64,000 bases of DNA from Octopus vulgaris. Taxonomy: Eukaryota. Position numbers and translations under genes: made by a program. Positions 42,486 through 55,825 of this stretch are shown here, in pieces (position 1 is the stretch's first letter; each line of letters opens with the position of its first letter). The stretch covers positions 65,596,001-65,660,000 of the forward strand of contig OX597832.1 in the NCBI GenBank assembly GCA_951406725.2, in the 5' to 3' direction. The notes under the pieces are model-generated. The model worked only from the letters and a program-made list of their open reading frames with translations, had not been told where the DNA came from and searched no databases.

Positions 42486-43450
42486 CGTTAGCCGATTTAT
42501 TATTGGCGGGAGATATATGCTTCCATCATCAAATCCTTTGTTTCCTGCAAGCAAAAACGAGACCATAGACACTTGTTCGATGGGTTCGTTCAGTCATACT
42601 TCCGATTGACGCGACACAATGTTATGAAAACATCAGCTGTCACAGCTGAAGTACTTGTGCTGTTAAATCGAGTATTGAATTCGTCGTAAATGAATTTTTG
42701 TCCAGTGACGACGCAGCAGTAATTAACATATCCACGTTCGTATCTACCGGAACATATCACAAATAAATATGCAAGCCAGCGTATTTATTTTTCGATTTCA
42801 ATTATTATTATTATAGATTCCCTCCACCAGACAATAACAATTTTTGAAACGACATTACGTAATACAGAAAATAGATATAAGTTACGATTTACAAACTCCG
42901 TGTATATTTGGCTGACTTCCAAGACAAGATCACTAAAACCATTACACAAAGCTGAATTAGCATATTTAAGGAAATATCGATCATCTTCAACATTTAATAA
43001 AATATAAAACAGCAGAGAAATAAAGTCACTATATCCAAGGAAGGATAATATATTGAATTTAATCTTGATGAAAAGCTCCCAGGCACTGTAAATATAGGAA
43101 GGATTATTGCCAAATTAATCAGAGTTAATGTATGCTATCAATAACTTATTTTCTCTCTGTGTACACTCAGCCCCACTACATATATCTACTTACATGAAAC
43201 ACACACATATATATATACATAACGTGTGTGCGTGTGTGCATTCATATACATGTATATATGTCAATATATACATGTTTACACGTATTATGTATCTACTCCC
43301 TCCTCTGTCTGTCTCATTCTCTGTCTCTCTGTTCATATATGTGTGTGAATATATATATATATATATATCACACACATATATATGTATATATGTATATATA
43401 TATATGTATGTATGTATATATATATATATATATATACGTATGTATGTATC

Positions 43451-43496
<46 letters not shown>

Positions 43497-43536
43497 TATA
43501 TATATGTTTGTATATATATATGTGTGCGTGTGTGTT

Positions 43537-43584
<48 letters not shown>

Positions 43585-43589
43585 TACAT

Positions 43590-43624
<35 letters not shown>

Positions 43625-43650
43625 ATGAGACAGATATATATATATATATA

Positions 43651-43688
<38 letters not shown>

Positions 43689-44137
43689 CGCACACATACA
43701 CACATATTTCATTATTAAGATAAATATTTTGTATTAAATATTTGCAAAATCTAGATTTGAAGAAATTTCCTCTTTGCTGTTAGGTTAATTCGTCCTCTGA
43801 ATTTAATTCTAATGATGTTCTCTTGTTTGAAGTATATGATATCTGTCTTTTATGTTGTCCCGTATTTTCTGTTGTTGCTCTTTGTTAATGATATTGTTTC
43901 ATTATCCGTTGGGTATTCCTTATCGACTAGATCTAGGTTCTAAGACTTGACTCTCCGACTTCTATAGAAGTTACGAAAAACCTCATCTTCTAATATATCC
44001 TTCAAGAGTCCTTGTGGTGGCTGTGCACCCTGATCATCATCATAATCTTCTTCTTCTTCTTCTTCTTCTTCTTCTTCTTCTTCTTCTTCTTCTTCTTCTT
44101 CTTCTTCTTCTTCTTCTTCTTCTTTTTCTTCATTAAT

Positions 44138-45095
44138 TTCAAATCAAATCAAATCAAATTTATTGGAAGGAGAAGAGCACAAATCCATGTTAAAAATGAA
44201 AAAAATAACCCAGTTATTGTTATATACAGTTTTATACATAGTTGACACAGTTGTCCAGAGCCTCTTTGAACAGGGAATTTGTGGGCAGTTGAATGACATC
44301 TTGTGGTGGCTTGTTCCTGCGATACGGACCGTGAATACGGCCTTCCGTCTATTGAGTCGAAAGTGTCGTGGATAGAATTTGCGATCATGCTCACGAAGAC
44401 CTTTATACGGCGCAGGGGCGAAAATCTCTGCACATGGTAGGTTTACATTCTCGTTGAATATGTTGAAATCTTGGATGAGATTTCTCCGCATCCTCCCTTG
44501 TTCGAGTGAAGGTGATGCCAGCCGTTGGAGACGTTCCTCATACGTAAGCTTAGACAATCCTGCGACCACTGAGGTGGCTAAGTACTGAACCCGTTCTAAA
44601 TGATGAATGTCTTTCTGGAGCTACGTGTTTGAGTTCTGGATGCAATATTCGAGGACGGGTCGAACAAGAGGGATGTATAAAGGCCGAAACACGTCCATTG
44701 AATGGTTGACAAAGGACCGGCAGATGAGGAAAATACTCTTTCTTGCTTTGTTCATCGCCTCGATACACTGCCGTGTTGGTTTGAAAGTAGTATCGATCAT
44801 TATGCCGAGATCATTTTCGTCAGGAGCCATCTTATGATATCGGTGTTTGAAGCCCATATCCAAGGAAGAATTTGGAAGTGAACCTATTGGCAAATGGATG
44901 CATTTTGAGGCGTTCAAGGGCAGAACACATTCTTCCAAGCTCGGTTCAGCGACGATTGGAGTATGTCGTATTGACTCCTAGGCGAGACAAGTTTGACGTC
45001 GTCTGCAAATAGGAGAACTCTTGCATCAAGAAAATCTGGCAGGTCGTTGATATAGAGAAGGAAAAGTATTGGCCCCAGCCCCGAACCCTGTGGTG
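44138..45095 (-). mobile_element. Decayed CR1/L2-type LINE 3' fragment
   Basis: PQGSGLGPILFLLYINDLP, LFADDVKL, LVRPVLEYC, LTYEERL; (ATTTG)n tail. Confidence 0.88.
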
Positions 45096-46528
45096 ACCAT
45101 TCCATTTTCTCCTTCATACATACGTCTACATTCTATCATTTGTCCTACACTAATTACAGGTGTTGTCGCACCGTTTGTTACGTTGTTGCAACTCTCTGCA
45201 CTAAATCAACTATTATATGTGGCATCTGTAAACCAACATATTCCGTGACGCTTCTAACATTCCAACATTTGATACATGTCATGGTAGAATAGCAACCGAA
45301 GGTTTACTTAAATCCGACTCCGCGGTCTCGAATAAAACACATAAGACAATGTGGACGTAGACATAAGAAAAAGAGAGGGTGGCCACATCTAGAATGTCTT
45401 TTGCCACAAGGTTGTCCTGAGCATAAATAACAACTATAAATACACCCCAACAACAAAAGTGTTCCCTCCATGAAATGGCGATATGTAAGACATCATAATA
45501 TAATATTTCTTTGTAAGGCAGTGCGCTGCCAGAATCATTAGCTCACCGGTATTCAAAGTTCAAGACTGTCCACTACTGGTAGCGCACAGTCATCCCTATG
45601 GCGACCGAAGCTCACTCTGAGCGCCATTGGGGCGACTGTCCACCGCTACCAGCCCACAGTCAGCCCTATGGCGATCACTATTATTAACGACTTGACTTGA
45701 TTTGACTTGTAGCTGAAGGAGAGGAAAAAAAGAAAGAATTTCGATTATAAATAGAAGACTATAGCGAGAAGGCAACATATAAAACAACCCTTCCCCAGTT
45801 GTTGGCAGTTTTACCTACTCTGCATTGCGAGCATTGTAAGAAGATGCTTCTTCGTCAATGCAATTGCTCCCCCAAAGCAAATTAAATAAAATTTGATATA
45901 CGTGGAGCGCCAAAGCTGCTAACAAAAACAGGACATTGAAAACAATCGGTAAGGGCTGTTTAACCCTATCGAGGTGAAGTGGTGAACGTTGGAGATAAAA
46001 GCTTTGTCAAGAGACAGCCAAGAATGCTTCATATAACTGTAGCTGAACGAGAAGAAAAAGAATTTCAGTTAGAAATAGAGAACTATAATTATTGAATTAT
46101 GCATAAAGTTGTGGCTTACATTCGGGGCTTGCAATTTCTCTGTAAAATATAAGAATCGCAAAACCATCGCACACGTCGCCATCGATTACAAACACCGGTG
46201 GAAGATAAAAGTTCCAGGGGACATTCTTGTTCTTTCGTTCGTACAAGTATCGTATTATGTTTCGGCTTAAAATAAATTATAGATACAAATATAATGTATA
46301 GAAATATAGAGATATATAAAAACCAGAATATAAAATAAATGTCTTAGGCATATAAAATGAGAATACATGAGATATCATGGTGTTATAAACTTGAAATCTA
46401 ATAGAATATCACAGATTATATATATCAGGTCATCCCATCAGTTCTGTTCGATTTTACCTTTTTAAATTTAAATGAAAGTTAATAGTATTTTCAAATGTCT
46501 AATTCAATTCAAAATCATTTATAGGTAA

Positions 46529-46910
46529 TTACTCTTTTACTTGTTTCAGTCATTTGACTGCGGCCATGCTGGAGCACCACCTTTAATCGAGCAAATCGAC
46601 CCCGGGACTTATTCTTTTGTAAACCCAGTACTTATTCTATGGGTCTCTTTAGCCGAACCGCTAAGTAACGGGGACATAAACACACCAGCATCGGTTGTCA
46701 AGCAATGCTAGGGGGACAAACACAGACACACAAACACACACACGCATATATATATACATATATACGACGGGCTTCTTTCAGTTTCCGTCTACCAAATCCA
46801 CTCCCGAGGCTATAGTAGAAGACACTTGCCCAAGGTGCCACGCAGTGGGACTGAACCCGGAACCAAGCGGTTTGTAAACAAGCTACTTGCCACACAGCCA
46901 CTCGTGTACG
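46529..46910 (-). mobile_element. SINE family A
   Basis: Family consensus with a small internal deletion. Confidence 0.9.
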
Positions 46911-47869
46911 TTTAAACTAATTAGATATTGTTTTAGAGAATAATAGACGGTGTCCACAAAGTCTGGATACATGGAGATTAACACATACTTTTAAAAGAAA
47001 CAATATGAGGACAACAAATAAGATGAGGACAAATATACGTCAAATGTAAATGATGTAAATAATGCACATAATTCCTCATCTCTTAAATATAGAACTATAG
47101 AAACTTAGCTAAGTAGCGATGAAATGGTGAAACCAATACTCTGCTTTGAAAACAACGGTGCTGATTCGATATTTTCACCCCAGGTCAGTCCTAGATTCGT
47201 CAAGCATTGATCATTGCCTAGGGCAATATTATATTATGTGTCCTCTTCCTTTAAAGAGTAGAATCTGGTTTGAATTCAGATTCGACTATTACTTCTAGCC
47301 GGACGAATGATCGCAAAAAACAGTTTTCCCGTTACTTTTGCTCTTGCTATTTAGTAGTAGGTTCTATTTGATGAAGGAATCGTATGAACAGAGGTAATGT
47401 ATCAGTGATCGACCTGGCTACTTTCTATGGGCAGGTAACTCAGAACCATATTCTATGATATGTTCTTTACTACTAAGATTAAGAGTGACGTGAGAGATAA
47501 TTATTATTTCAAGCCCGTCGTATAACCCTGTAGAGACTATCTCAGAGGCTCGATTTGATGGTTGAACCCAAGACTGTTATCCGACAAGTAAATCTTGCGG
47601 GCAGCTTTGCTCATCATTCAACTGGTTCTTTAACTACAGGTTCTATACACCCTACATCATATATTATGTAATAAACTGTCGCTATATTCTGGTAAAATAT
47701 GGCTTTTTGTCACGCATTTTGTTGATGTATAATAATAAACATTTGCTTCTTCCTTTAGCGAGAGCATCCTTTCTTTTCATCCCTTCCAGGGGGCACTGGG
47801 GTCGATGCGACCGAATTATCGCTCCACCGCAGTTGCTTGCCTTGCAACAACATTTGAGACCAATATGAT

Positions 47870-48071
47870 ATTCTTTTCTACTCTAGGCACAAGGACCGAA
47901 ATTTTGGCGGAGGGGTCCAATCGATTATATCGAGCCAGTACGCAACTGGTATTTAATGTATCGACCCCGAAAGATGAAAGGCAAAGTGGGCGGAATTTGA
48001 ACTCAGAACGCAAAGACGAAATACCGTTAAGCATTTCACTCAGCGTGCTAAACACTCTGCCAGCTCGCTGC
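47870..48071 (-). mobile_element. SINE family B
   Basis: Family consensus; agaccaatat target duplication. Confidence 0.85.
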
Positions 48072-48083
48072 ATTTAGACCAAT

Positions 48084-48316
48084 ATTCTTTCATTCTTTTA
48101 TTTATTTCCGTCATTTGACAGCGGTCATGCTAGAGTACCACCTTTATTCGGGCAATCAACTCCGGGGCTTATTCTTTTAAAAACTAGTTCTTATTCTATC
48201 GGTTGTCAAACGATGTTGGAGGTACAAACACAGACATGCGAAAATACACACACACATACATACATAGATACATACATATATATTTATATATATATATATA
48301 TATACATATATACATA

Positions 48317-48387
<71 letters not shown>

Positions 48388-48548
48388 GACGATGGGCTTC
48401 ATTCAGTTTCCGTCCGCCAAATCCACTCACAAGGCTTTGATCGGCCTGAGGCTATAGTAGAAGACACTTGCCCAAGTTACCACGCAGTAGGACGGAACCC
48501 GGAACCATGTGATTGGTAAGCAAGCTACTTACTACACAGCCACTCCTA
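48084..48548 (-). mobile_element. SINE family A (diverged)
   Basis: Family consensus with deletion and expanded (TA)n. Confidence 0.85.
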
Positions 48549-48769
48549 CTTTTTTTTAATAACATCTCTCTAAAGTAATTCTACCCCTATTTCTAACAGG
48601 GAAGGAATCGTATTGGGTTTCCCTTTGAACATTCACATATTCATTTCCTTTTCTCTGCAAAGGATCTTCTCTGCACTGACCTCCCTCTCACTTTCCCTCC
48701 CGCCATATGCAATTGCATCCCAGCTTTTGTAACATCCTCTACAATTTTCGACCTGCAGTCTTCAGCTTC

Positions 48770-48838
<69 letters not shown>

Positions 48839-48841
48839 TTC

Positions 48842-48904
<63 letters not shown>

Positions 48905-49051
48905 ACTTTCTTACTTTCTTTCTTTCTGTTTCTACCTCTGTGTTATCCTTGTTTCTGTCTGTGTCTGTCTGTGTCTCTGTCTGCCTGTCTGTCTCTGACT
49001 GTCTCTGAATGTCAATCTGTCTGCCTGTTTAACACTTTCTTTCTTCTTTCT

Positions 49052-49082
<31 letters not shown>

Positions 49083-49234
49083 CCTCTCTCTCCCTCCTAA
49101 CTCACTTACTCTCGATGTTTATAGGTGGAATTCCATCTATACAAAATAGTTTTTCCGATTTTCTTTGTTTTCCTGCATCTAATTGTGATATTTTAATTTG
49201 AAACATCGAACCGGCAGTTTTAACATCTCCGGAG

Positions 49235-49430
49235 GTGGAATTACCAACATTACCCTGACAGGGCGTAAAAAGGGGAATAGAGCAAACGACCGTTTGTGGA
49301 CTGGCGACATCAATGAACAGACTCGAAAGAAGAGTCTAACCGACTGCATGTATGCAACACCAGAGCAGAGGTCTTGTGGGAAGCTGGCCTCTGGACACAC
49401 AGCGTAGTTCCCATGGCTGATAAAGGCAGA
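49235..49430 (+). mobile_element. RTE-like LINE C-terminal relic
   Basis: TLTGRKKGNRANDRLWTGDINE resembles the RTE G.R.RGRP...W.D.I C-terminus. Confidence 0.4.
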
Positions 49431-49919
49431 TATGCAGAGCGGATCACTAATACCGTTTATATAGTATCTCCGTTCTCACGTATTTCACTCAATTCAAATT
49501 TACAAAATATTGCCACGTATAATTCCTGATTTATTTCAATTTTAAGAAACGGCAATATTATGCACAACTCAATAACTATTTCTATTATTGGAAAAATCTA
49601 AATGCATTTCTCAGCTGAAGAGGAACCAAGTACACCTACGCGGCAATCAGTAAATCTAACCAATCACAAGAAGTTTATGAAAATTTAATAATTTCCAGGT
49701 TTCATTATTTCTCGCTATTACATTATTTTAAGACAATCTAATGGAAGAATATGGCTATTTCATATTTCTCTCAAACAATATCTATTAAGTAGGGGCTTTT
49801 TCACTTTTTCTCTCACTATGTAACATATGAATAGGTCTCAGTCATCTTCTATATTTTGCTACGACTAGCGTTCTTATACTGTCTGCTTTTCTTGTCTGTC
49901 TATGTATGTATGCATTTAA

Positions 49920-50078
<159 letters not shown>

Positions 50079-50429
50079 GCTAGCTAGCTACCTAGCTTGC
50101 TAGCTTCCAACGTACTTCAATAAGTACCAATGCATCTACTATTAGTATAATGTATTTGTATGTGTATGTATGTGTGTGTGTAATTATGTATCTATTACAC
50201 ACATGCCTACACATAGATATATTATATAATGCACATTTAAAGTTTATTTTAAAATGCGTATTATCGTATATTATCTTACCTTATGCGTATCTGCATGTAG
50301 GAAAGAGACATTTCCAGGTTTTTACTCTTCATTATTAAATATTCAATTATATCAGTTTTCTGGTTGTTCATCAATGCATGTCCCAGATAATGCGGTTTTA
50401 CGTGTATATATTGTCACTCTCTCCTGCAG

Positions 50430-50522
50430 TTAATTATCTTAGCCATGTCTATCGGCTCTGTTTCGTATTACGAAATAATACTTGCAATGCTTCCGAGTGT
50501 GATTGTCATTCGATATCGGAAG
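50430..50522 (+). CDS. Candidate 93-nt exon
   Basis: ctctctcctgcag acceptor, AAG|gtaatt donor; phase-0 frame LIILAMSIGSVSYYEIILAMLPSVIVIRYRK (phase-1 frame also open). Confidence 0.3.
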
Positions 50523-51216
50523 GTAATTACTATTTGTTGACCTCGAACGGAAGGCTTATGTCCTACCTTCAATGGGCAAATAGCTCGGTCGTTGAATGTC
50601 ATTGTATATCTGTGTTACTAAAATATGCTTGCTGCCTGAGACTTGCATTGTCATTAATTTTTCTATTATGTTAGACATTATCTACTTTCTAAACACCTTA
50701 TGTTCTTCAGTGTCGTTACTGTCCGGTTGAGTGCATGAAAAAATAGCTTTTAGCGTTGACGGTCCTTATTATTAGGAATCTACGACTAAATTCTCAAACT
50801 TACTGAAAGTAATTTGAGTGCGTTTTCATAAACTATTTCTTACAAGAGGTATATCCACATATGTGTTTCCTCCTTGGCTATTATATATGCTTTATAGAAG
50901 GTTTATAACGATGTCGAAATGTTACAATCTTTGCACCGTGATATTCGGTGAAATTTACCTCAGTCCATAGATCGATTGAATATACGGGAAGACCACTTCA
51001 AGGGGTGCTCAAATTGGCGGTGTATAGAGATTAACGAAATATCATTTCTGACATCTAATCAAAGCTATATTGATTATGGTAGGAGAGGTTAATCGATTAT
51101 GTTGACCTCAGCACTTGATTGCTACTTTATTGCATCGTGTTCTCAACATGATAAGATCACTGAACATAAAGATTGACTAACAATTGGCACCCCGTTCTAA
51201 TGATAATAGATAAAGA

Positions 51217-51646
51217 TCCTTTCTACGATAGACACAAGGCCTGAAATTCTGGGCAAGGGCCGTAGTCGATTGCGTTGATCTCATTACATGACTAGTACTT
51301 TTTTATAGTCCCCGGGAGGACGAAATCGTAAAGTCAACTCCGGGAGAATTTGAACTCAGAACGTAAATACGAACGAAATACATCAAAGCATTTTGCCGGC
51401 GTGTTAGCGATTCCGCCAACACGCCATCTTTCTGACAATAAATAATGCTTTTAAATTTTGGCATCAAGGCCAACACTTTTGTGGGAGAGGTTTGTCGACC
51501 CCAGTTCTTAGTTGGTATTTGCTTTATTGATCGTGAATGATAAAAGCAAAGTCGATCTCCACGGAATTGGAATTCAGAACGTAGAGAGGGGAACTGGCAC
51601 TAAGCGTTTTGTTGAGCGGGCTTGCATTTCTGGTCTTTCGCCGCGT
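51217..51646 (-). mobile_element. Two old SINE family B copies
   Basis: Diverged matches: aaagtcaactcc..gaatttgaactcagaacgta and aaagtcgatctcc..gaattggaattcagaacgta. Confidence 0.7.
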
Positions 51647-52478
51647 TAATCATAATGATTAAAACTCCCATTAAAAAACCAACTTAGTATGCGGAAATAG
51701 GTTATCAATTAAACCAACATCCGTTTTGAATTCTTACTTATTTTGTTGTCAAATTTATGACAGACTGAAATCGATCTTAATTAGAGTTGAACAAAAAAAC
51801 AAAACAAAAAACAACAACAACAAATTCAGGAAAGGAACAGAATACCCTAATCCGCTTTCCCGATGCTCTGTTATTTCTACTCCTCTGCTAATAGTGCTGT
51901 ATGATGCAATGTATTGAAGTGTCTCATTGTGACTAATACATGTTCAAATGGAGAGGAAATAGATTAATTTTATATTGAATGCAACAGTTAGTATCATGAA
52001 ATATGCATCGTTCGTGTGGGCATGTAAATTTGTAATTCATATTAGTAATCAGAATGGTTTTACAGTGAAATGAAAGTCGATGAGGTATTTTACAATTATA
52101 GTTGGAATTTAATGTTTACCCTTCGTTAGTTTTGTTTTTCAAGTAATGTGTTTTCATTTCAATTTAATGTAATTTTCTAACAAAGTATTCATTTAGTATA
52201 TATCTTTGAAAGCACTTAGTTCACTGAAGTCAGTTTTTGTCATGTAACTTTGATGTTCGTAGTAATCGCAAACGGTATATTTAGTCCAATTTATTTGTTT
52301 CAGTAACGTTGTGTGATTTGGAATTTGTAATTATATGAATATACATTATTTGTTAGCATTTGAAGAAATACAACAAACTTTGTATCAATTTCCTTTTGAA
52401 GTGCTTGATATCAAGTAGCTATGTAAAATGTGACATCTATCTATCTATCTATCTCTGCATATATATATATATATATGC

Positions 52479-52572
<94 letters not shown>

Positions 52573-52836
52573 ACATTCATACATATTTATATATATATAT
52601 ATATATATATAATTAATCAATATAGGGTGGCAAAAAAATTTTGTAGAATTCTTTTGCCACCAGCGGCCTAGTGGGAAAAAATTAAATAGTCATAAACCAT
52701 TTTTAAGTTCAACATCACAATCAAGGAACGGCCATAATAGGCCATTCACCCACTAGAAATAACAGCCAAAACCTTTAACCGCAAAATAACGTCAATTCCG
52801 TAAACCAGGAGAAAATTAAAAAACATTTACCCTGTA

Positions 52837-52943
52837 ATTTCTTAGACGATGCACCGTTTCATCTACTGTTTAATGGAAAACTAACCTGATTAAATTAAAT
52901 CAAGCCAATCTACCATAGGCCCTTAGATTCATCAGTAAGAAAT
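52837..52943 (-). ncRNA. Type I hammerhead ribozyme, unit 1
   Basis: atttctta-CTGATGA-atcta...tagat-GAAA-cggtgcatcg-TC-taagaaat. Confidence 0.88.
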
Positions 52944-53325
52944 AGCCAAGCCGGAACAGATATTTTTCACGAGGCATTCTCGTTGCTACCTCGTCAATAT
53001 CTGACCTAAAATTTTCAAATCGTCGCACTCGCGCCAAATTTATCGGCAGCAAATAAATATAAGCCGCCGATTCCATTACGGAATTAACCAGAAAATTCAT
53101 AATTAATCAATATAGGGTGGCAAAAAATTTTGTAGAATTCTTTTGCCACCAGCGGCCTAGTGGGAAAAAATTAAATAGTCATAAACCATTTTTAAGTTCA
53201 ACATCACAATCAAGGAACGGCCATAATAGGCCATTCACCCACTAGAAATAACAGCCAAAACCTTTAACCGCAAAATAACGTCAATTCCGTAAACCGGGAG
53301 AAAATTAAAAAACATTTACCCTGTA

Positions 53326-53432
53326 ATTTCTTAGACGATGCACCGTTTCATCTACTGTTTAATGGAAAACTAACCTGATTAAATTAAATCAAGCCAATCT
53401 ACCATAGGCCCTTAGATTCATCAGTAAGAAAT
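53326..53432 (-). ncRNA. Type I hammerhead ribozyme, unit 2
   Basis: Same sequence as unit 1. Confidence 0.88.
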
Positions 53433-53816
53433 AGCCAAGCCGGAACAGATATTTTTCACGAGGCATTCTCGTTGCTACCTCGTCAATATCTGACCTAAAA
53501 TTTTCAAATCGTCGCACTCGCGCCAAATTTATCGGCAGCAAATAAATATAAGCCGCCGATTCCATTACGGAATTAACCAGAAAATTCATAATTAATCAAT
53601 ATAGGGTGGCAAAAAAATTTTGTAGAATTCTTTTGCCACCAGCGGCCTAGTGGGAAAAAAATTAAATAGTCATAAACCATTTTTAAGTTCAACATCACAA
53701 TCAAGGAACGGCCATAATAGGCCATTCACCCACTAGAAATAACAGCCAAAACCTTTAACCGCAAAATAACGTCAATTCCGTAAACCAGGAGAAAATTAAA
53801 AAACATTTACCCTGTA

Positions 53817-53923
53817 ATTTCTTAGACGATGCACCGTTTCATCTACTGTTTAATGGAAAACTAACCTGATTAAATTAAATCAAGCCAATCTACCATAGGC
53901 CCTTAGATTCATCAGTAAGAAAT
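53817..53923 (-). ncRNA. Type I hammerhead ribozyme, unit 3
   Basis: Same sequence as unit 1. Confidence 0.88.
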
Positions 53924-54444
53924 AGCCAAGCCGGAACAGATATTTTTCACGAGGCATTCTCGTTGCTACCTCGTCAATATCTGACCTAAAATTTTCAAAT
54001 CGTCGCACTCGCGCCAAATTTATCGGCAGCAAATAAATATAAGCCGCCGATTCCATTACGGAATTAACCAGAAAATTCATAATTAATCAATATAGGGTGG
54101 CAAAAAAATTTTGTAGAATTCTTTTGCCACCAGCGGCCTAGTGGGAAAAAATTAAATAGTCATAAACCATTTTTAAGTTCAACATCACAATCAAGGAACG
54201 GCCATAATTTTTCCCACTAGGCCGCTGGTGGCAAAAGAATTCTACAAAATTCTACAAAATTTTTTTGCCACCCTATATTGATTAATTATGAATTTTCTGG
54301 TTAATTCCGTAATGGAATCGGTGGCTTATATTTATTTGCTGCCGATAAATTTGGCGCGAGTGCGATGATTTGAAAATTTTAGGTCAGATATTGACGAGGT
54401 AGCAACGAGAATGACTCGTGAAAAATATCTGTTCCGGCTTGGCT

Positions 54445-54547
54445 ATTTCTTACTGATGAATCTAAGCTATGTAGATTGGCTTGATTTAATTTAATCAGGT
54501 TAGTTTTCCATTAAACAGTAGATGAAACGGTGCATCGTCTAAGAAAT
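54445..54547 (+). ncRNA. Type I hammerhead ribozyme, inverted arm
   Basis: Stem I 54445-54452/54540-54547, CTGATGA 54453-54459, GAAA 54524-54527, GTC 54537-54539; 4 nt shorter inside the stem II insert. Confidence 0.88.
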
Positions 54548-54662
54548 TACAGGGTAAATGTTTTTAATTTTCTCCTGGTTTACGGATTGACGTTATTTTG
54601 CGGTTAAAGTTTTGGCTGTTATTTCTAGTGGGTGAATGGCCTATTATGGCCGTTCCTTGATT

Positions 54663-54723
<61 letters not shown>

Positions 54724-55629
54724 GGGACTGTGAGTGAAAATTACATCATGGAAAATCATTTAACAATTCAAGCAAGGGCAAAATTTGTAACATGTACCTC
54801 TGTTATTTTTTACCTATCATGAAGGTACTGTCTGCCATGAAGCGACATAGTCTGTAACCAAATTTTGATGCATGTATGAAAATGTTTTAAAGATTCATAT
54901 GTAAGTGAGTCTCTTAAGGAAACCTTTTTATCAAATCAGTTGCCCACTTTATAAAAGCTAACTGCAATACATGGCGATGTAAGGCAAGCTGTAGAGAAAT
55001 GCATGACACCAAATGGGAAAGAAAAAACAAATTTTGCAACCTTAGCTTTTCTTTCAAAATTTAATATTTAATTGATAAACAAAATACAATAAGTTTTGCA
55101 AAGTGAACTGACCGCTGTAATAATCATTGACTTGCACAAAATGTTGTCTTGGAGCTTCCAGACATGCGATGATTGTTATATCGAATAATCAGAAATACTC
55201 AACACTGGTCTCTTTAGTTTGTTGCATTTAATTCTCAAAATTAAATGCGATTTTGATGTAAAGTGGAAATATTTTAGTTAAGATATCCCGCCTCCTCTGT
55301 AAAAGAAAACAGATTCAATAACATAAAGTTATTAAAAATCTGCTTTCGGTGAACCAATTGTAATATTAGTTATAACATGTGAGATACAAGTAATCATAGG
55401 AGGAAATAAATGGTTTAATAAGTGTTATATATGGGTTGATTCCTAGATCGGCACTTTATCAGGGAATGTCCTGACTGTTCCATTTGGGTATTTAGTTTCT
55501 CCCTACTGACCCTCTTCCAGTATACAGCATTGATTATTTCATTAAAGTAAATGCAGCATGTATGGTGGGAGCAAGGCGGGTACCGTCTATACTGTTTTAG
55601 TATGAAATGTGGGACAAACATAGGATAAT

Positions 55630-55825
55630 AGAGGAGAATAAGACTATTATTAGAAGGAAAGGTAAATGGTGAACAGGGAGAGGAAAGCGTACGACAAACC
55701 TGTTTGATAAAATTAAATATTAAGCAAAACTATCATACAATGAATATGCAAGAATGACAAGGAAAAGAGGCAAATTGAAGTCCGTGATATTTAACCTATT
55801 GAGAGAAGAGAAAATAATGATGATG
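55630..55825 (+). mobile_element. RTE-like LINE 3' relic
   Basis: RLLLEGKVNG..GRG motif; (GAT)n-like tail. Confidence 0.5.

Larger units (their letters stand above)
52611..54667. mobile_element. Hammerhead-bearing ~490-bp tandem array (3 units plus partial) with head-to-head inverted arm; retrozyme/PLE-derived, in (TA)n
   Basis: Units 52611-53100, 53101-53589, 53590-54080, partial 54081-54208; inverted arm 54206-54667; one hammerhead per unit. Confidence 0.9.

Noticed and set aside
52900-54080. Triplicated 66-aa ORF MNFLVNSVMES...
   Set aside because: It repeats only because the unit repeats; no recognisable domain; it overlaps the ribozyme and hairpins, and the frame is altered by a deletion in the inverted arm
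52611-54667. CRISPR array or centromeric satellite interpretation
   Set aside because: No unique spacers, eukaryotic context, only about four units, and the ribozyme explains the unit better
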